A DNA stretch of 63,890 nucleotides, filler included, from Squatina squatina (taxonomy: Eukaryota): the NCBI GenBank assembly GCA_031763465.1. It is 3 parts of 3 records of this genome, joined end to end, with 100 filler letters (N's around TTAATTAATTAA, not from the genome) between each part and the next. Parts side by side here need not be neighbours in the genome. Positions count along the whole stretch, not along the records: positions 1 to 22,119 come from JARFOE010000080.1; positions 22,220 to 41,317 come from JARFOE010000168.1; 1 more part is not named here. The stretch is one strand, 5' to 3'. Of the stretch, positions 11,319-23,150 are shown piece after piece (the stretch's first letter is position 1; every line of letters starts with the position of its first letter). The position numbers and the translations under genes were made by a program. The notes under the pieces are model-generated. The model did not search any database. It was not told the origin of the DNA and was given only the letters and a program-made list of their open reading frames with translations.

Positions 11319-14300
11319 GTAAATTGCCATTCCAGTTATATGAAATATTAATCGAATGATTAGAGAGAGAGAGAGAGAAGAGAATTCATTGTTGGAAAAG
11401 TGCTTTCAAAAGTCACATACTGCATTATCTTCATATCCCTTTGCTCCCATGTTGGTTATTGTATTTATGTTACAGATTTTTTTTAAAGCTGGCAGCGACC
11501 TAAAGTTCAAGAAANNNNNNNNNNNNNNNNNNNNNNNNNNNNNNNNNNNNNNNNNNNNNNNNNNNNNNNNNNNNNNNNNNNNNNNNNNNNNNNNNNNNNN
11601 NNNNNNNNNNNNNNCTGCAGTCTTATTGGTACTGTCTACTACTAAGTGGAAACTTCCATTTAAATCCTTGTTAAAATCTTATTTAAACTTAATCATTATT
11701 GTTGGTCATTAGGTACTAGCTATTTCTCTGACCATTTATTGTATGAATTTCTCCTATTGTATGCAGTCTGTGTCAACCTTTCCATTGCCATTTTCAGTTG
11801 TTCTCCTGGCCCCTTAATTTTAGCAGTGTTACTGCTATAATGTCCTCATGCACTTGCACTCTTCAAATGTATCACAAATATCATCTGTACTGTAAGAAAG
11901 ATTTTGCATTAAAAATTCACATAAGTAAAGATTGACAGTTATCACCTGGAGTGATGTAATGTTTAAGTAGAAGTGAGCAAATGGGAAAGTTGATTATAAT
12001 TTGTGTTCCAAATCTAATTTCAGTGACACATGCTTTTATGCAGATGAATAATCAGTTATACTTCTCCTATTTAAAGGGAGTCTTGTCTGTACCATTGAGA
12101 AATTCAGAACCATTACAAAAATTTAAATGAGCTTAAACATTTTTATTTAGTCGTATTTTTGCTTAAGTCATTAGCATACATTGGGAGGGCAGGGAACTGC
12201 CTTGGAGGAGTTACTGACCCCAACAGTATGAGTGAACTGAATCATTTAATAGTAATCAGTAACCTAGAACAATTCATTAATTTTTCCGTTGAACTGAGGG
12301 TATGCCAATTCCATGGACTTGTGCTGTTGGGCAGTAATTCCTCCTTGCCAATTTTCCCACTGTAACCATCTTGCCATTGAAACAAAAATTTACAAAATCA
12401 ACAGAAAATTCAGGATATTATAGGTAAGTGCAATTCTTAATGAATGACCAAGAACAAGGTCATATGATGTGCCTCTTGAGTGTTCAGAAGGACCCTATCA
12501 AAGGTCTGTGGTTTCCTGTTTTGCACAAAATTACTACTTCACTTTCTTTTGAAATTGGATGTGAAGAATATATTTTTCAGTCGAATCTTTGGGGATCAGG
12601 CCATTGGAGGGATTTATATGGAATACTCCTTTTAAAGGCTTTATTTTGAAAAGGGATGCTGGTGGCAAGATTCTCCTTAATCTCCATAATGAGGCTACAG
12701 TGTTTGCATAAAAGTATTTCATTGAAATTCCTTTATAATCCTTCATGAGCAGCAAATAAAATCATGAAGACCTTAGCAAATAGCCAGTAAATACCCNNNN
12801 NNNNNNNNNNNNNNNNNNNNNNNNNNNNNNNNNNNNNNNNNNNNNNNNNNNNNNNNNNNNNNNNNNNNNNNNNNNNNNNNNNNNNNNNNNNNNNNNNNNN
12901 NNNNNNNNNNNNNNNNNNNNNNNNNNNNNNNNNNNNNNNNNNNNNNNNNNNNNNNNNNNNNNNNNNNNNNNNNNNNNNNNNNNNNNNNNNNNNNNNNNNN
13001 NNNNNNNNNNNNNNNNNNNNNNNNNNNNNNNNNNNNNNNNNNNNNNNNNNNNNNNNNNNNNNNNNNNNNNNNNNNNNNNNNNNNNNNNNNNNNNNNNNNN
13101 NNNNNNNNNNNNNNNNNNNNNNNNNNNNNNNNNNNNNNNNNNNNNNNNNNNNNNNNNNNNNNNNNNNNNNNNNNNNNNNNNNNNNNNNNNNNNNNNNNNN
13201 NNNNNNNNNNNNNNNNNNNNNNNNNNNNNNNNNNNNNNNNNNNNNNNNNNNNNNNNNNNNNNNNNNNNNNNNNNNNNNNNNNNNNNNNNNNNNNNNNNNN
13301 NNNNNNNNNNNNNNNNNNNNNNNNNNNNNNNNNNNNNNNNNNNNNNNNNNNNNNNNNNNNNNNNNNNNNNNNNNNNNNNNNNNNNNNNNNNNNNNNNNNN
13401 NNNNNNNNNNNNNNNNNNNNNNNNNNNNNNNNNNNNNNNNNNNNNNNNNNNNNNNNNNNNNNNNNNNNNNNNNNNNNNNNNNNNNNNNNNNNNNNNNNNN
13501 NNNNNNNNNNNNNNNNNNNNNNNNNNNNNNNNNNNNNNNNNNNNNNNNNNNNNNNNNNNNNNNNNNNNNNNNNNNNNNNNNNNNNNNNNNNNNNNNNNNN
13601 NNNNNNNNNNNNNNNNNNNNNNNNNNNNNNNNNNNNNNNNNNNNNNNNNNNNNNNNNNNNNNNNNNNNNNNNNNNNNNNNNNNNNNNNNNNNNNNNNNNN
13701 NNNNNNNNNNNNNNNNNNNNNNNNNNNNTTTTAGCATCCTTTTACTGCATCACTAATGTTTCCTTCATTATTCCCAAAAAGGATATAAAATGTATTCTGC
13801 AATCCTCATTATCACCATTACATGACTTCAACTTATTTGCCGTGTATACCTATAGTGTTGTGCATCAGATATTAGTCCTCAGTCACGTAGCAGCGAAAAT
13901 TGTGAGTGTCACCTGTTTGATTTATACTTACTAATCAGCATATACATAGAGAGAGTAATCCTTTGCATTACAATATATTTTCAGAGTGCCATAACTTGAC
14001 TCTTCTACATACTTGAAACAGCAGTCTTTATTTTTATTGCAAGAGAAACCATATTGCTAAGTGTCAAATTTCGCAAATCAGTTGATCAGCAGGTGGGCCT
14101 TCCTGAAAATTCACCTCATTTTCAGTAGGTGAATCAGTCTTAATGTAGTTATATTGCATATCCACTAGTTCCTACCGTGATTTTATATGTAGACTACCCT
14201 ACATATTCCTGGCAATTTTCATCGGTCATAAAGTGAAAATATTCCTCGATTGGCAATGTTGTGGAGCTGTAGTCCAAAATTAATTTAAATAGTAGAAATG

Positions 14301-14519
14301 GAAAGAGCATAATAAATTAATGTGGGCTATTTAAAAAGAAATTTGATGCATTTATACTACAAATACTGACAGTTGTGCCCAGAAATCCATCCTAATTTTA
14401 TTTGCTGTATTGTTGCATATCTCCAGCAACATGTTTTACTGCTACAACCACTAAATCCTATTGACTGTCAAACATTAAAAGCAGAAAAGTAAAAGCAATG
14501 CCCGATGACACAAAGCTTG

Positions 14520-14948
14520 GAAATGTTGCCAACAGTGTGGAGGATAGTAGCGGACTTCAGGAGAACAGAGACAGACTGATGAAGTAGGCAGGCACATGAC
14601 AGATGTGTTGCACACGCAACGAAGTGTGAAGTGATAAATTTTGGGAGGAAAAATGACGAGGTCATACAATTTTAAGGGGGTGAACCTGGAGGTTCACATA
14701 CACAAATCTCTGAAGGTGACAGGGCAAGTTGATGAAGCTGTTTTTATTTTTTAAAAAGGGATAGAGGATCCATGGCTTTATAAATAGGGGCATAGAGTAT
14801 AAAAATAAAGAAAGGTATGCTAAACCTTTATAAATTGCTGGTTAGACCTCAGCTAGAGTATTGTGTCCAATTCTGGGCACCACACTTTAGGAAGGATGTC
14901 AAGGCCTTGAAGTGGATGCAGAGATTTACTAGACTGGTACCAGGGATG
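14520..14948 (+). mobile_element. CR1 LINE ORF2 fragment
   Basis: MLNLYKLLVRPQLEYCVQFWAPHFRKDVKALKWMQRFTRLVPGM, typical of the CR1 ORF2 C-terminal region. Confidence 0.9.
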
Positions 14949-15251
14949 GGGAGGGGATGGGGGTTCAATTTNNNNNNNNNNNNNNNNNNNNNNNNNNNNN
15001 NNNNNNNNNNNNNNNNNNNNNNNNNNNNNNNNNNNNNNNNNNNNNNNNNNNNNNNNNNNNNNNNNNNNNNNTTTGCTTTTTAAACAAATATTCCAGAAAA
15101 ATAAAATTTAACAAGATAAATTTTCTATAAAAGTCTTAGAGATCTGAAAAAGGTGGCTTGAAACCTAGTATATAAGACACATTACCTGACTGTCGGATAT
15201 CATGCTCATGGAAAAATGTTATATAGCTGGAGTTGTTTTTGTTCCCTATAG

Positions 15252-15384
15252 GGTGATCTGCCAGACACTCATGCGAAATTCCATGTCTTGTTTCTTTTCT
15301 TTGTGGCGGCCATGTTCTTCATCAGTTTGCTGTCACTCTTCAGTTATCATTGCTGGCTGGTCAGCAAAAATAGGTCTACAATAG
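15252..15384 (+). CDS. ZDHHC20: ZDHHC20 internal exon (TM4 and start of TTXE-like motif)
   Basis: ctatag| acceptor and G|gtgaga donor; [44 protein letters not shown]. Confidence 0.95.
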
Positions 15385-15661
15385 GTGAGAGAGTCTTTAA
15401 ATTGATTACAAATTTGCTTTGATAATTTGAGTTAAGTTAAAGCCTCACATTTGTGGCTTTTACAGATGCCTTGCTGCCTTTGATTATTGTTACAGAGTAG
15501 AAAAGAGAAAGATGACGTCCTTTTTCTTAATTATGGCTGTCCTATTAAAATAACATCAAGAAGAGTTTTTTAAATCTATATATCAGGACCTTGGTCTATA
15601 CCTGTATTATTGATTTGAAGAAAATATTGTACTACTGTTAACTGAGTACTTTTTTCCCCAG

Positions 15662-15788
15662 AGGCCTTCCGCGCACCAGTGTTTCGAAATGGCCCTGACA
15701 AAAATGGATTTAGTCTTGGAATTACCAAAAATATAAAACAGGTGTATGGGGATCAAGGGAAATACTCGCTTCTGCCTATTTTTACAAG
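15662..15788 (+). CDS. ZDHHC20: ZDHHC20 internal exon (PaCCT motif)
   Basis: ttccccag| acceptor and AG|gtatgt donor; EAFRAPVFRNGPDKNGFSLGITKNIKQVYGDQGKYSLLPIFT. Phase matches the previous exon. Confidence 0.95.
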
Positions 15789-16096
15789 GTATGTTTTGTT
15801 CAGAGCTAAGGCGCAGAGCGTAACTGCAGATTACAATGTGAACGGAGTGCATCGTAAACCGAGTGGGAAGTTGAGAATTTGGTGAGGGGAGAAGGAGGTG
15901 CTTTTTTTGCCATTAACACTTGTAGTGATTTGTTTGAGCTTGAGACAGTAAGTATTTAAAACTAGGAACCTATAACTCATACTTTATTAAATTAATNNNN
16001 NNNNNNNNNNNNNNNNNNNNNNNNNNNNNNNNNNNNNNNNNNNNNNNNNNNNNNNNNNNNNNNNNNNNNNNNNNNNNNNNNNNNNNNNNNNNNNNN

Positions 16097-17620
16097 GCCC
16101 GTGCTTTCACATTGACAAAGTTGAAATGTCCAATCAAATGTTATTTGATTGGATGTTTAGATGCAAGTATCTAGTCAGATGACTTGATTTTTAACCTATA
16201 TTTACTGCCAGGTTATAGTGTTATAGGATATAAAAGGCACTGAAAGGAGTTATTATATTAACATTTTTTAAATAAGCAATATATATATCAGTGTACAACA
16301 TATGTGTGGGATAAAGGGACTAAACTGTATAATAATTGTAGACTATACTTACAAGGATCTTAAAATAACTGTTAATTACTGCAAGCTGTAACATAAAATC
16401 AATTACTGATGCAGGTCTGTACTTTAAGCAAGCAAAAGCCAATAATCTTGAGGGGGAGTGTGCTATTACTTCTCTAAATTTATGCAAGAAATTTTGACAA
16501 ACAGACTTTTTGCACTAATGTTTGATGCCCTTGTTGTGTACTGTTAATCAGAGCTGTTGTGCACCAAAAAGCAGTTACTCCTTATGAAACACAATTTTTT
16601 GTATTTATTATTGGCTCAGAATGCCATAAGGTTTTAGTTTTTCTTTTTTATTTGTGGTCAATATTGCTAGTTATCTTGTTTGCTGATTGTCTTGTTTTTT
16701 ATATATGACCTATAAAATGTGTTTTAATTATTTTACATAGTAGTAGTCACTCATGTTCAGTAATTGACCTGTGGTAATCATCAGTCAATTGAGATGTAAA
16801 TCAGAAATGGTTTGGGGAAAGGGTTGCTGATTGATCAAAATGTATTATAGTAGACTTTATACTTGGTGATTCAACTTTTCAATGTCTTGAACAGTTGATG
16901 TAAGCACTGCTATGTACAATATATGAATACTGTGTAATTTTTTAAATTGCAGAAGTTGCAATCCATGTGCAACCAAACAAAATTATACATATTAGAAATG
17001 AGCACACCTGGTGAGAGTGGAGGGGAGAGAGATTCTGATTCAGAACTGAGACTCTGGTTCCCATAATTGATTTGTTTTGTAAAATACTTCAGGCGATGCC
17101 TGTTGCTGTGTTTACCATTAATTTAGTAGTTGTGGTATCTGAATTAGAAAGTTCATGAAGGTGTAGTATGAATCAATCACGTAGCGCATCCTCAGCATAC
17201 TTGTTATGCTGTGTGCTGTTCAACTTGTATTTCATAACTAGGGTAAGTGAATGCATTTTACAGCCAGAGTAATGTACGTGTTCTCACAATTTCAACATTG
17301 CATTTTTTACCTTAAACTTATTTTATCAGGGCTCTGATGCGTTCTTCAGACAAAAACATAAAAATATGTCTGTTACTAAAGTGACATTTTTGTTATGGCA
17401 ATTCTTACCATTGTGTGTACATGATCTGTGACATTAAGCAGATAAATCGTATGCAATCATGAAATTTGTGACAGTATTAAGCTAACAAATAGGTTTATCC
17501 CAGAAAAAAAATCTATACAAGAATGCAACATTGATGTTGTCAGGTCAACAATAAATGTTGTATTGATGATGCTTACCAACAGATTATCCAAATAAAAATG
17601 TCAAGATTGTTCGAATATAG
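16097..17620 (+). other. ZDHHC20: Probable long 3'UTR of ZDHHC20
   Basis: About 1.5 kb of repeat-poor, U-rich sequence downstream of the coding exons, ending in AATAAA at 17550-17555 and 17591-17596. The stop codon is not visible (gap). Confidence 0.5.
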
Positions 17621-18509
17621 ATTAATATAAATTGAAATATAAACTAAGGGTTTTGCACTTTTTCTATCATTGTCAGCTTCTTTTCTCACCTATCATTTGT
17701 GCTTATGGACAATTAATAANNNNNNNNNNNNNNNNNNNNNNNNNNNNNNNNNNNNNNNNNNNNNNNNNNNNNNNNNNNNNNNNNNNNNNNNNNNNNNNNN
17801 NNNNNNNNNNNNNNNNNNNATTTAGCATTTTTCAGTCCTGAGGCCTTAAATGAATTTTTAAGGGGCATAAATATTGAATTAGTTCATTAGTGAGGATTAT
17901 CGAGATCCTGTTCCAGAATTGTCTGCAATGGCAGAGATTGGCGATGTACATCATAAGTTTCACCATTTTCCGCACCGATCTCTCAGTTGTCAACTTACTC
18001 CAGATCCTCCTCGATTAGTAATTTAACTATACAGCAGCAAGCATAGCGATGAATCAGATGTGGCCAATGTTTATCAGCCTTTAACACTTGCAAGTTACAA
18101 GGGTCAGATGTGTGTTTACTGAATAAAACAAAGAAATTTGCATTAATTCAGAGCCCTGACATCATTTCCCCCAGCTGTAAGTAAACATTGCCTGAAATGT
18201 TTGACTGTAAAAGCTTCCACAGTTAGAATGCACGCAGGATAAGAAATGGTTACAACCTAATCTTACTGTTTTTATGTCTGAGTGTGGAAAAACACATTAA
18301 AGTAAGTTACAGTTTGACAAAAATGTTAGGACTTAAAATCAGAGAATTGTCATTTTCATATTAAATCTATGTCTAACCAGATATCATTATGACACATGCA
18401 TAGAATGTGCTTTACTTTCTGTCTCTGTATATAAATTGAATGCATGCACATAGGTCTAGCTTCAGTGCCACATTGCCCCGTTAGATCTGCATGTTAATTT
18501 GGCACAGTG

Positions 18510-18511
<2 letters not shown>

Positions 18512-18548
<37 letters not shown>
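18512..18548. repeat. (CT)n microsatellite
   Basis: Perfect CT dinucleotide run. Confidence 0.97.
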
Positions 18549-18551
<3 letters not shown>

Positions 18552-19165
18552 CACCCATCTGGTATAGATACTGCTATAATGTGGACAATACAATACTTAT
18601 ATTGGAGAGGCAGATACTGGCAGCTAATTGAGAAAGTTACATATAATCTATATGACACTGCACAGATTTGACAGATGCTTCCAAATGGCTGCTCTGTGGG
18701 TAGGCTCATCCCTTTATTAAAGTGAAGACGTTTGCTGTTGTATTTCCATGATAATGAAGATCCTGGCAGTGATCCTTGACAAATGTTTAGCTTGCTTGCA
18801 GGGCTCGGGTTTAGAGATGAGACAAGGTCAGGACTATTTGCAAATAGGCAAAGAAGCGATCCGGTCAGCAGCAGTTTTAAAACTCACTCTGACCCTACCA
18901 AGAAACAAATTGCCTCAAATCGTTATCCTCTAATGCAAATTGATCATTCCTTTCATTTTTTTATTGCCTTGTAAACCAATGAAGTTGCACCCATATAAAG
19001 TTTCCTTCAATTCCAACTGGTCAGCAGCAAAAGTCTTTAGGAATCAGAGGTGTGTGGAATCAGGAGTTTTCCAGGATACAAGGGCCTTGTCTTCAAGGGA
19101 TGAAAATTGAGGAAAAGGGAAGTGGAAAATCTCCAAATAAAGTATACTTTTTTCCCCCCTCCAAG

Positions 19166-19595
19166 AACCACAGATGAAAATGATGAATGCTGGAAATGAT
19201 GTGACTGAAAATTCTGTACCTGAACTTGAAGAGCAAAGCGATGAAGTTGTCACTCCATCGCTTGAGAAGCCTTTGCTGAATGACCACTTGCGTACTCCCC
19301 AGATTGAAGATTTTGGACTTGGTCACTTAATGTTTCAAAATGTGTGGGAGCAACCAGAATGTATCCTGCCTTCAAATCCAAAAATAGCTCAGGAATTCTC
19401 TGGAAATTACAATATGCATTCTTCAACATTACAAGGTCCAATTATATCAAAGACACCAAAATGCACATTACAGCTGGATGATGATATGGTTCTCACTCCT
19501 AAGCTGGAACATTTTGGTGTTACAGAACATACTGGTTGTGTAAATGACTTTACTTTGGCACTGTATAATAAATGTGCTCAACAAGAGGTCAACAG
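19166..19595 (+). CDS. SKA3: Spindle and kinetochore-associated protein 3, large internal exon
   Basis: Pyrimidine tract plus ccaag| acceptor (alternative cag at 19171-19173) and AG|gtaaag donor. Contains LRTPQIEDFGL and KTPKCTLQLDDDMVLTPKLEHFGVTEHTGCVNDFTLAL, matching SKA3 (SPQLSDFGL; KTPKCALKMDD..TPKLEHFGISE). Synteny with ZDHHC20 and SAP18 agrees. Confidence 0.9.
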
Positions 19596-20321
19596 GTAAA
19601 GTTTTTAAAATGTCTTCTGAAAATAATTGTAATTTATGTGATTTTCATAAATTAGCTGATCAGTGTTTACTCTGTATTCTAGCTGATTTAGAAGTAGATC
19701 ATTAGTGAATAGATTACTCCAAACAACATTTTAATTGTATTGATAATTTTTACAAAGTTCCAAACAGGATTAGTATACTGAAGTGAAGGATTTGTACTGT
19801 TGTCCATATTCGGAAGTTTATCATTTACAATAACAATGGCTGTATGGTTTTAAACAAACTTGCACCTGTGTGATAAAGATTGAAATAGAAAAGCAATTTT
19901 TAAACTTTTTATTCCTGTGATGGCAGGGCACATTCAGTATAAGCATTTAACTCGTGGCACCACAGTATGACAGAATTGGTTCCATCACAATTAAAGTTTC
20001 AGTCTCTGCCACAGTGTCTTGGGGAGTGCTAACGAGGCTCGGTATGCCACCTGACAGGTTTTTTTTTAGAGCAGCTTTAGTGTAGAACTAGAAGTGGGGT
20101 TACGTGTATACCATTTCTTCGCATTTGTGACGCAGAGATTGGGGAGAAAAATAAAGTGTTTGCATTCTCCCAAAAAAATGCCATTTTAAGTGTTATTCAA
20201 TAATTGATTTTGCCAATCAATATATTTATTGCATTTGTCACTACTTTACCTACTTAAATTAATTTATAGGAGTATGATTTTTCTTTCTTTTGTTCCTTCC
20301 ACTCCCCTTCTTGGTTTCTAG

Positions 20322-20431
20322 TTGTAATCCTATACCAACAGTTGAAGGAGATCCATGGAAAACCCCTGTGTCAAAACGGGCTGAAAAGGATATTTCTGTG
20401 TTTTGTATGTCACACCAGGCAGTTCTTAACA
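20322..20431 (+). CDS. SKA3: Probable next SKA3 exon
   Basis: Long pyrimidine tract plus tctag| and A|gtaagt donor. Phase 2 start joins the previous exon; open frame SCNPIPTVEGDPWKTPVSKRAEKDISVFCMSHQAVLN with a TP (CDK-type) site. Confidence 0.65.
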
Positions 20432-20908
20432 GTAAGTATTGGGCTGCATACTTTAAATATTTGGGAATAAAGCTTCTATTACTGAATAGTATTAGACTTG
20501 TATGTATAGAATCCATTNNNNNNNNNNNNNNNNNNNNNNNNNNNNNNNNNNNNNNNNNNNNNNNNNNNNNNNNNNNNNNNNNNNNNNNNNNNNNNNNNNN
20601 NNNNNNNNNNNNNNNNNTTAGTCCCCTGCCCCCTACTCCTGCTCGACTTGAAGACTGCATCTGATTTTGATGGCACAGAGATCAACTAGTATTTATTTCC
20701 TAATTTGTCTTGTATGAATTTTGTGGGCTTGGAAAGGAGGTGTTGAGTAGCGTTACCTAATTGATGGATAAATCCAAAATCAGTACACCAACATCCATTA
20801 GTATCCACAATGAGAGATATGCAAATTAATGAGAATACTGATTTAAACTTTGTATGTGACCTCCAAGGCTCGATGATGCACAAGAAGTTTGGACACTCCT
20901 GTACTAAC

Positions 20909-21031
20909 CTGTAACCAGGTCGTTTAGGATCTGGATACACAATTGCAAAGCTAAAGTGCGTTCCTTTCTTCCGGGCCTCTGGATAGACTTACTTTACTAA
21001 GCTAGTTAGCTCCTTTAGTGTAGCATCCATC
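20909..21031 (-). CDS. SAP18: Sin3A-associated protein 18 internal exon containing an in-frame TAA
   Basis: Minus strand ttttag|G ATG GAT GCT... reads (W)MDATLKELTSLVK*VYPEARKKGTHFSFAIVYPDPKRPGYR|gttagt. Near-identical to SAP18 WMDATLKELTSLVKEVYPEARKKGTHFNFAIV..D.KRPGYR. Stop at 20989-20991. Confidence 0.92.
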
Positions 21032-21268
21032 CTAAAATACAAAAGACAATGCAAATATCATTTTATCATATGCTCATGTCCACTAACTTTGGGATTTAGT
21101 TTAGCTTAACATGGGTGGGGGAGTAAAAGAATTGCTCTTTTTGAATAAATTTACAAATAGCAAAAGGANNNNNNNNNNNNNNNNNNNNNNNNNNNNNNNN
21201 NNNNNNNNNNNNNNNNNNNNNNNNNNNNNNNNNNNNNNNNNNNNNNNNNNNNNNNNNNNNNNNNNNNN

Positions 21269-22119
21269 TCTCCCTCGAAAGGAGGGCATTAGTTAAACGA
21301 AAAGCTGGAAAACATTTTTTTAATCAGTTGGGGTAAATACACATTGGTACATTAAAAAAGGAATACAAGCAAATAGGGCTAAGTTAGGACTGTGGCCTAA
21401 GCTACAGTAAAGACGTAAATTGTATAACTAAATTTAATAAATTAAAGAAGTTTATTTCGCAGATTAAAAATAAATTGACACTTGATTGTTAATTCAAAAA
21501 TTGAAAACCGAATTAATTAAATAAATACAATAGCGATGGCAAGGCAGAGGATGTGTTGCAGCTTTAGCATGTGGGAGCTGTTGGACACCAGTGTGATCCA
21601 GAATAACCACATCTGCAGTACGTGTCTGCAGCTTGAAAAACTTCGGCTCAGCGTTGCTGAGCTGGAGTCCGAGCTGCTGACATTGCTCCACATCAGGGAG
21701 GGAGACAGTTACCTGGACACTTTGTTCCAGCAGGCAGTCACACCCCGTAGGTTAAATATTTTGGATTTGGCATGTGGTGAGGGACAGGAGGGTTTGACTG
21801 CGAGTGAGGCAGGTATGGGTATCCAGAAGGCAGCTTTGGAGGAGTCTCAGCCCTTGCACTTGTCCAACAGTTAAGAGGTTCTTGCAAGCTGTATGGATGG
21901 GAGCAGGGATTGCAGGGAGGTTGAGCAAACTGAGCACTGCACCATGGTACAGGGGGCCATTCAAGTGGGGGAAGTAGAACAGAATGTAATCGTAGAGGGG
22001 GACAGTATAATTAGGGGGGATAAATAGTGTTCTCTGCAGCCGAGAGTGTGAGTCCAAAAGGCTATGTTGCTTGCCTGGTGCCTGGTGCCTGGTGCCAGGG
22101 TTAAGGACATCTCCTCTGG
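21269..22119 (+). mobile_element. CR1 LINE 5' region with ORF1 (Cys/zinc motif, coiled coil, SGNH esterase start)
   Basis: ORF 21536-21874 MARQRMCCSFSMWEL...HICSTCLQLEKLRLSVAELESEL. Downstream RNVIVEGDSIIRG and CCLPGA..RVKDI are esterase blocks. Has stops and frameshifts and a (CCTGGTG)x3 expansion at ~22074-22094. Confidence 0.85.
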
Positions 22120-22163
22120 NNNNNNNNNNNNNNNNNNNNNNNNNNNNNNNNNNNNNNNNNNNN

Positions 22164-22175
22164 TTAATTAATTAA
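22164..22175. other. Artificial scaffold-joining linker TTAATTAATTAA
   Basis: Palindromic 12-mer giving stops in all six frames, centred in 44 N + 44 N. Confidence 0.95.
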
Positions 22176-22399
22176 NNNNNNNNNNNNNNNNNNNNNNNNN
22201 NNNNNNNNNNNNNNNNNNNCTGAGACTGTGAATCGCTTCTTTCCCTCAATCATTTTCATGTTGCTGCTTTTAATGCCATCAACTGCTCTGCCTCCTCTCC
22301 TTGCTCCAGTTTAATGTTTGGGAAATGGATACAATCTTCTCTTAGTTGCTGCTTGGATTCCCATCAACTTTCTTGGCATCACCTCGAGCCTAATCCAGA

Positions 22400-22495
22400 A
22401 GTGGCATCATCTGCTATTCTGAGCTGAGCTTACCAATCTCCAATCTATTACCAAAACTGTCATCTTCCATCTCCAAAATATTGCCTGCTTCTGCA
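22400..22495 (+). mobile_element. Decayed L2 LINE RT fragment
   Basis: ATTACCAAAACTGTCATCTTCCATCTCCAAAATATTGCC = ITKTVIFHLQNIA, resembling L2 ITKTAFFHLRNIA. Confidence 0.5.
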
Positions 22496-22964
22496 ATTGC
22501 TTTTGCAGTTAGTTATTTGTCTAATGACATTTTAGTCTGTGTCAATGCTACTCATATTCCCTGATCAAGTGACAAGCAGGCAGCTGACTGCCATGCCTCT
22601 TTAAATCGTTAGTCTTCAGCCAGTGGCTGGGAGAGATTGTTCCCCATACAGAGGCTGCTTACCCTCTGTGTTTTCCTCCCCCTTTATGGGGAAATATCTG
22701 CTCACTTGGCTCCATTCCCAGATGGCAGCATGACCCTACAGTTCCCCCTCCACTGCAGCATTGAATCTTTTTTTCGAATAATTCTCGGGTTCTTGCCTCC
22801 ACTACTGTGCCTGGGAGCCCAATCTGTTTGTGTGAAGGGCCACCCCTGACATTAGTTCAAAATTTTCCTTTTGCTTGCTTGAGCCTGTGTCTTCGTGTCC
22901 TACTCTCACAGTTTAGTTTAAAGTAATATTCCAGATTTACCACTTCATATCATTTACCATCTTA

Positions 22965-23150
22965 TATAAAACAGGATCAGAAAAATCTGGAAAAATACAG
23001 TCAGCATCTGTGAAGAGAAAACAGAGGTTAACGTTTCCCCTTCACCTGTTTTTTTCTGCAAGTAAAGTCAGTTCTGGTGAAGGATACCCACCCGAAACAC
23101 TTAGCCATCATTCCTCTTTACAGATGCTGCCACTAGCACTTGAATACTTG
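22965..23150. mobile_element. Penelope-like element terminal inverted repeat with degenerate hammerhead core
   Basis: CAGCATCTGTGAAGAG (from 23003) pairs with CTCTTTACAGATGCTG (to 23129). Internal GTTAACGTTTC and CTGGTGA-AGGATACCCACCC-GAAAC (23074-23098) are typical of fish/shark Penelope repeats. Confidence 0.6.

Noticed and set aside
12404-12429. Strong donor TAG|GTAAGT as a ZDHHC20 microexon
   Set aside because: No polypyrimidine tract upstream and no matching peptide.
11319-15251. Absence of the ZDHHC20 DHHC catalytic exons, suggesting a catalytically dead gene
   Set aside because: The interval contains several gaps, including one of ~930 N, and the visible exons are intact. The missing exons are most simply unassembled. 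The same applies to the SPOCK3 thyroglobulin-domain exons and the last SAP18 exon.
20618-20664. SPLPPTPARLEDCI-stop as a possible SKA3 terminal exon
   Set aside because: Not recognisable as SKA3, and it lies on the contig of the SAP18 exon, where a SAP18 intron is expected.
20686-20940. 84-aa minus-strand ORF as an independent gene
   Set aside because: Only its first residues are the end of the SAP18 exon; the rest is intron read-through.
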